Of a stretch of DNA of 64,000 nucleotides, positions 60,001 to 64,000 are shown in pieces. Origin of the DNA: Cycas panzhihuaensis (Eukaryota > Plantae > Cycadophyta). The translations under genes were made by a program, and so were the position numbers. The stretch covers positions 188,301,741 through 188,365,740 of the forward strand of contig CM041465.1 of the NCBI GenBank assembly GCA_023213395.1, given 5' to 3'. The number at the start of each line of letters is the position of its first letter. Position 1 is the stretch's first letter. The notes under the pieces were generated by a model. It was not told the origin of the DNA and did no database searches. It saw only the letters and a list, made by a program, of their open reading frames with translations.

Positions 60001-61650
60001 CTCAATAAGGACATATGACCAGATGAGGTAGGCAAAATTGGCACTAGAAGTGCCCATAGAGCAAGGATGTAGGAATCATTATATACTAAGCTTGAACCAG
60101 TAGAAATGCACCTTACTCTTAATGAAGAGCCCTTAACGTACCAAGAAGCTATAAAGCATGCAGCTTGGAGAAATGCCATGAACGAAGAGTACCAATCTCT
60201 TATCAAGAACAGTACATGGGAGCTCGTTGATCTACCACTTAGTAGAAAGGTAGTTCAAAATAAATGGGTGTTAAAAAATAAATATAGATTAGATGGCACC
60301 CTTGAAAAATATAAGGCGAGGTTAGTAGCTAAAGGATTTATACAAAGGGAAGGCATAGACTACACTGAAGTCTTTGCACCTACAACCAAGTGGCCTACAA
60401 TTATAACTCTTGTGGCCTTGGATGCTCAACAGGGTTAGAAAATCGACCAACTCGATATTAAGACCACGTTTCTCAATGGAGATCTTGAAGAAGAAATTTA
60501 CATGGCTTAGCCAGAAGGATATGAGATTGAAGGTCAAGAGCATAAGGTTTGCAGGCTCAGAAAGTCCTTATATGGCCTTAAACAAGCCCCTCGCGCTTGG
60601 TTTGCCAAGTTGTCTAAAAGGATGAGGTAACTTGGATACGAGGTTTGTGACTATCAAGATATTGATGCAATATTTTTCATCAAGTACCATAAAGATAAAG
60701 TCACTTATCTCACAATCTTTATGGATGATATGCTAGTAATGGGTAATAGTGAACAGGCAATAGGCCAGCTGAAAAAGGACCTTGGCAAAACGTTCGTATT
60801 GTCTGACCTCGGTGTGATGAAATATTACTTGGGAATTGAAGTAATACAAAAGAATGGAAAAAATTTCCTCTCCCAAGAAAAATACATCAACGATCTTCTA
60901 ACCAAGTTTCAGTTAGAAGATGCTCGACCAATGATGTTACCTATGGATCCTAACACTAAACTCTCAGCTGAAGGTGACACTAGGGAGGCAAATGCAACAC
61001 TCTATAGGAAACTTGTAGGTAGTCTCATCTACACTACCAATACAAGGCCAGATATTATACACTCTATCAGTATTCTTGCTCATTACATGACAAATCCTAA
61101 GCAGAATCATTGGCAAGCAGCAGTGTGAGTGTTGAGATACCTTAAGACCACCGACAAATATGGTCTGTTGTATGAACTTGATTCAGACTTTAAGCTTTTT
61201 GCATACACAGAATCAGACTTTACAGGAGATAAAGATACAGGAAGACCTATGTCTGGGTATGTAACCTTTCTTGGAATAGCACCAATATCATGGAGATCCA
61301 GACGATAGAAGATAGTTGTAGATTCAACTAGCGAAGCTGAATACATTACTACTTCTGAGACCAGTAAAGAGGTGATATGGCTGAGAAAATGATTGGAAAT
61401 ATTGAATATCACCCAAACAAGTCCTATGAGTTTTCATGTGGATAATCAATCAGCAATCTGCATGGCAAAAAATCCTATATTTCATGATTATACCAAACAC
61501 ATAAGTGTGAAAGTCCACAGGATTAGGGAACCTATTCATGATGGCATAATTCAATTAGGTTACTGCCCCATAGCATATCAAGTTGCTGATATCTTCACCA
61601 AACCACTACAAAGGGTGAAGTTTGAATAGTTCTGAAGGTAGCTCAGCCTT
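57088..61650 (+). pseudogene. gag-pol: Copia-E gag-pol pseudogene
   Basis: gag, zinc knuckle CDQCNRKGHLAKDC, protease WIMDTGATQYMT, GAG-pre-integrase LWHAHMGH, integrase, RT KYKARLVAKGF..MDDML, RNase H VADIFTKPL; scattered stops. Confidence 0.95.
59670..59685 (+). other. Candidate central polypurine tract
   Basis: TTA(G)11AT just after integrase, resembling the 3' PPT TTAA(G)7AT. Confidence 0.55.
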
Positions 61651-61698
61651 AGGGTCTCTATCTTCGATTTATCAAAGAAGATAGCAACAGGATCATCA

Positions 61699-61855
61699 TA
61701 CTCTATTCTCTTCGTGAAAACCCCTTGTAGGTACGGAAGAATAAGAGTAAGTCTCTGCTCTATCCTCTTTTTGAAAACCCCATGTGGGTACAGAAGGATA
61801 AGAGTTGTACTTGTTTTAAAAAATTAGAACCTGTGAAAACCCAAAAGGGCATAGG
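61699..61855 (+). repeat. Three tandem GAAA-bulged hairpin repeats between pol and the PPT of Copia-E
   Basis: Consensus YYYGT-GAAA-ACCC-N4-5-GGGT-ACRRR at 61699-61749, 61757-61805 and 61830-61855. Confidence 0.8.
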
Positions 61856-62430
61856 GGATGACCAAACAGTATATGGAGACTTAGTAGATTAAGCTGGACA
61901 TTTAAGCTACTTGGCTATCAGGCTACATCGAAGATCCACCTTAGCTATTTTGATTTATAAAAGGGGCTATAGATCTTAGAAAGTTCGTGGGTTTTTATTC
62001 CCCATGAGGGTTTTCCCACAAAAGTGTCATTTAGAATTTCATTATAATAATGAGGCTCAAATAAAGACCTCATAGAATAGATTTTTTGAAAATGACCTTC
62101 CACCATTAAGGGGGGGATTGAAAGAGGTTAATGTATCGAGGTCATTTATGTAGATTAATTATATGACCTTAGGATATATTATTAGCATTAGTCTCTTAAT
62201 GAAATATACTTTATGTGCATTTAGATATAATTTCAGGTTCATGTCATTAGGCAAGAAAATCCTAACCCTAATGCTCACCCTTAATAATAAAAGGAGAAAT
62301 CTCGAGAAGGGAGTCATTATTTATTCTCACCTCTAAGCTTGCTCTCATATATTGTTTCATCTTCTTTTTCATTCTCCATTGTCATTGTGTGCATGTGAAT
62401 GATTTATCTCCAAGATCCATCATTCCTTCA

Positions 62431-63073
62431 TAGACAACATCAATAGAAGCATACATAGATAAATTTTAGGCATTACAAAATCAAGTCTCTCAACAACTTA
62501 ATTGTTAATATCTTACTAATATTTATATTTTAAGACTAAAAAAGAATATTCAGATGTGTCTAAAAGTTAGTACCTTGTATACCTTGAAAGATATTATCTC
62601 TATAATAAGAGCAATCAAAGTAGAGTTTATCAAAGAACACTCATCTACCTTTAGGAAAAACTCTTCACAGTACCAATGTCCTTGTCATTTAGTTAGCAAC
62701 ATCAACACCCTTGATTGGAAAAAGTGTAATGCTTAATAGTAGATCCTTCTACCAAATCAATTCATGTTCTATTAGCAAAAGTTAATCGTTGACTAAAGGA
62801 TAGCCTTTGTATCAAGTTCTTAGAAAGATGGTCCCTTGGTCATGCAAAGGTATGTAAAGTAAGGTGCATGGATTTTACTATTGACCTTAAAATTTAAGAA
62901 GATTTTAAAGTCAAAGTCAAATTTAAACTTGATGATGAACTTGCCCAAGAATCTTCCTCACTTTATCACTAGATTGAAGTCTTCTTATTAGTCATCTCTT
63001 CCACATCTTGCCAAGATCCACTTTATATGAAAGACACCCTTCAAAGAACACCTATACTAATATTGATCGTTGG
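62431..63073 (+). pseudogene. gag: Gypsy-3 gag-protease relic, part 2
   Basis: Continues part 1 across the TAGAC TSD: TSIEAYIDKF*AL, LCIKFLERWSLGH..C, PILILIVG (LIDSG site), then interrupted. Confidence 0.75.
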
Positions 63074-64000
63074 TGTGGACGCGCGTCTATGGGATAGCTA
63101 CCTAACTAAATAGGTGTGGTGAGAGTGGATGATGATATGATCGAGGGAGAGACCTATAAGTAAAGTAATTACCACGCAGGGCGTCCCGTGCGCTGGAGCG
63201 TGAGTTCGGGACCTGCAATGGAATGTGGCTACCAAAGAGTGATCCTCCACCACTTCAAACAAAGGGTGAAGAGGCGTAGGGTTAACCTGGGTTGACCTAA
63301 GGGAAGGATCCTCCCACCCTTGGATGGCCGGAAGGGAAAGAGGAGGATCCTTTAACGGTTTCCCTAAAGCGATGGGAAACGAAGAAGGATAGGCAAGCAA
63401 CTGGCCTATAGACGGGGTCACTTTGGTTATCCGGCGAAGCGAAGAACCAAATGAAGGCAAAGGAGACGCTCCAAGAAAATAGATCAAGGGTATACCTAAG
63501 CAAGCTAACTGGGCAACATGAGTAACACGGAGGGTAAGAAGCTTGCACGGCTAAGACAGAGAAGAAAGGTGAAAAGGAGTGGTTCCTATGATCTTTTCCT
63601 ATGGGTAGCAAAGATGCATGTAATAAAACAAATAAAGCATAACCAAAAAAGTAAAGTCAAGTTTTCCTTTTATTTTCCAATGTGTTAATTACTAAGAAGG
63701 AATTCAAAAGGAAAGAGTGGTAGGGTGGAGTGAGGCGTGCACCTGGACCGAGGGCGTACGTGATGAGGGCCTTCTCGAGGGGCACCAAACTACTCCACGA
63801 GGTGCGTCGGATACGAAGTGTCGTGGCGGATTTAGAAGGAGGGGCTCCCTTACCTTCCCCAGAAAAATACTAAATACAATGCCAAGGAAAGAAAGGAACT
63901 AAATACTAGTGACTAAAGCGGTATGAAAGTACAATATGCGTAGGAGTACTTACTGGCAACTGAACAAGCGGAAAATACCTTTTGCGCTCTTCAAGCACCT
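63074..64000. mobile_element. Young CpG-rich large LTR-like insertion, truncated by the window end
   Basis: Abrupt compositional shift at TGTGGACGCGCGTC, cutting the Gypsy-3 protease motif; shares a motif with positions 10-31. Confidence 0.6.

Larger units (their letters stand above)
54848..62430 (+). mobile_element. Copia-E: full-length Ty1/Copia LTR retrotransposon, youngest complete element
   Basis: 312-bp LTRs 54848-55159 and 62119-62430 (21 mismatches by hand count), perfect TSD TAGAC, PBS TGGTATCAGAGC 55162-55173, PPT 62106-62118. Confidence 0.97.

Noticed and set aside
61699-61855. Hammerhead ribozyme/retrozyme or CRISPR-like array
   Set aside because: No CUGANGA core upstream of GAAA; only three degenerate units with no regular unique spacers and no cas genes.
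63098-63902. GC-rich ORFs of 61-129 aa (also 853-1662)
   Set aside because: No recognisable domains; overlapping frames are expected by chance in GC-richer LTR-like sequence.

Overview
AT-rich eukaryotic DNA, most likely land-plant heterochromatin (inferred from tRNA-iMet PBS motifs and Ty1/Copia plus chromovirus Ty3/Gypsy content). I see no intact host gene, RNA gene or CRISPR array. The window is a nested pile of decayed retroelements: five Copia copies (A 6214-12290 -, B from 5220 +, C ~21900-26526 +, D 42232-48185 +, and the youngest and most complete, E 54848-62430 +, TSD TAGAC), three Gypsy relics, two to three non-autonomous LTR elements, solo or partial large LTRs, a probable L1 relic and three (TA)n arrays of 0.19, 3.7 and 2.5 kb. 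All long IYIYIY ORFs are microsatellite artefacts, and all gag/pol frames are broken by C>T/G>A stops. Best leads: (1) large, densely base-paired RNA domains just upstream of gag in three Copia leaders, with structure conserved between diverged copies C and D and a pseudoknot in E; (2) a pol-less gag-like LTR element flanked by a collinear 433-bp direct duplication instead of a 5-bp TSD; (3) a tandem GAAA-bulged hairpin array plus a central PPT in Copia E. Structures, alignments and identities were derived by eye and need computational confirmation.
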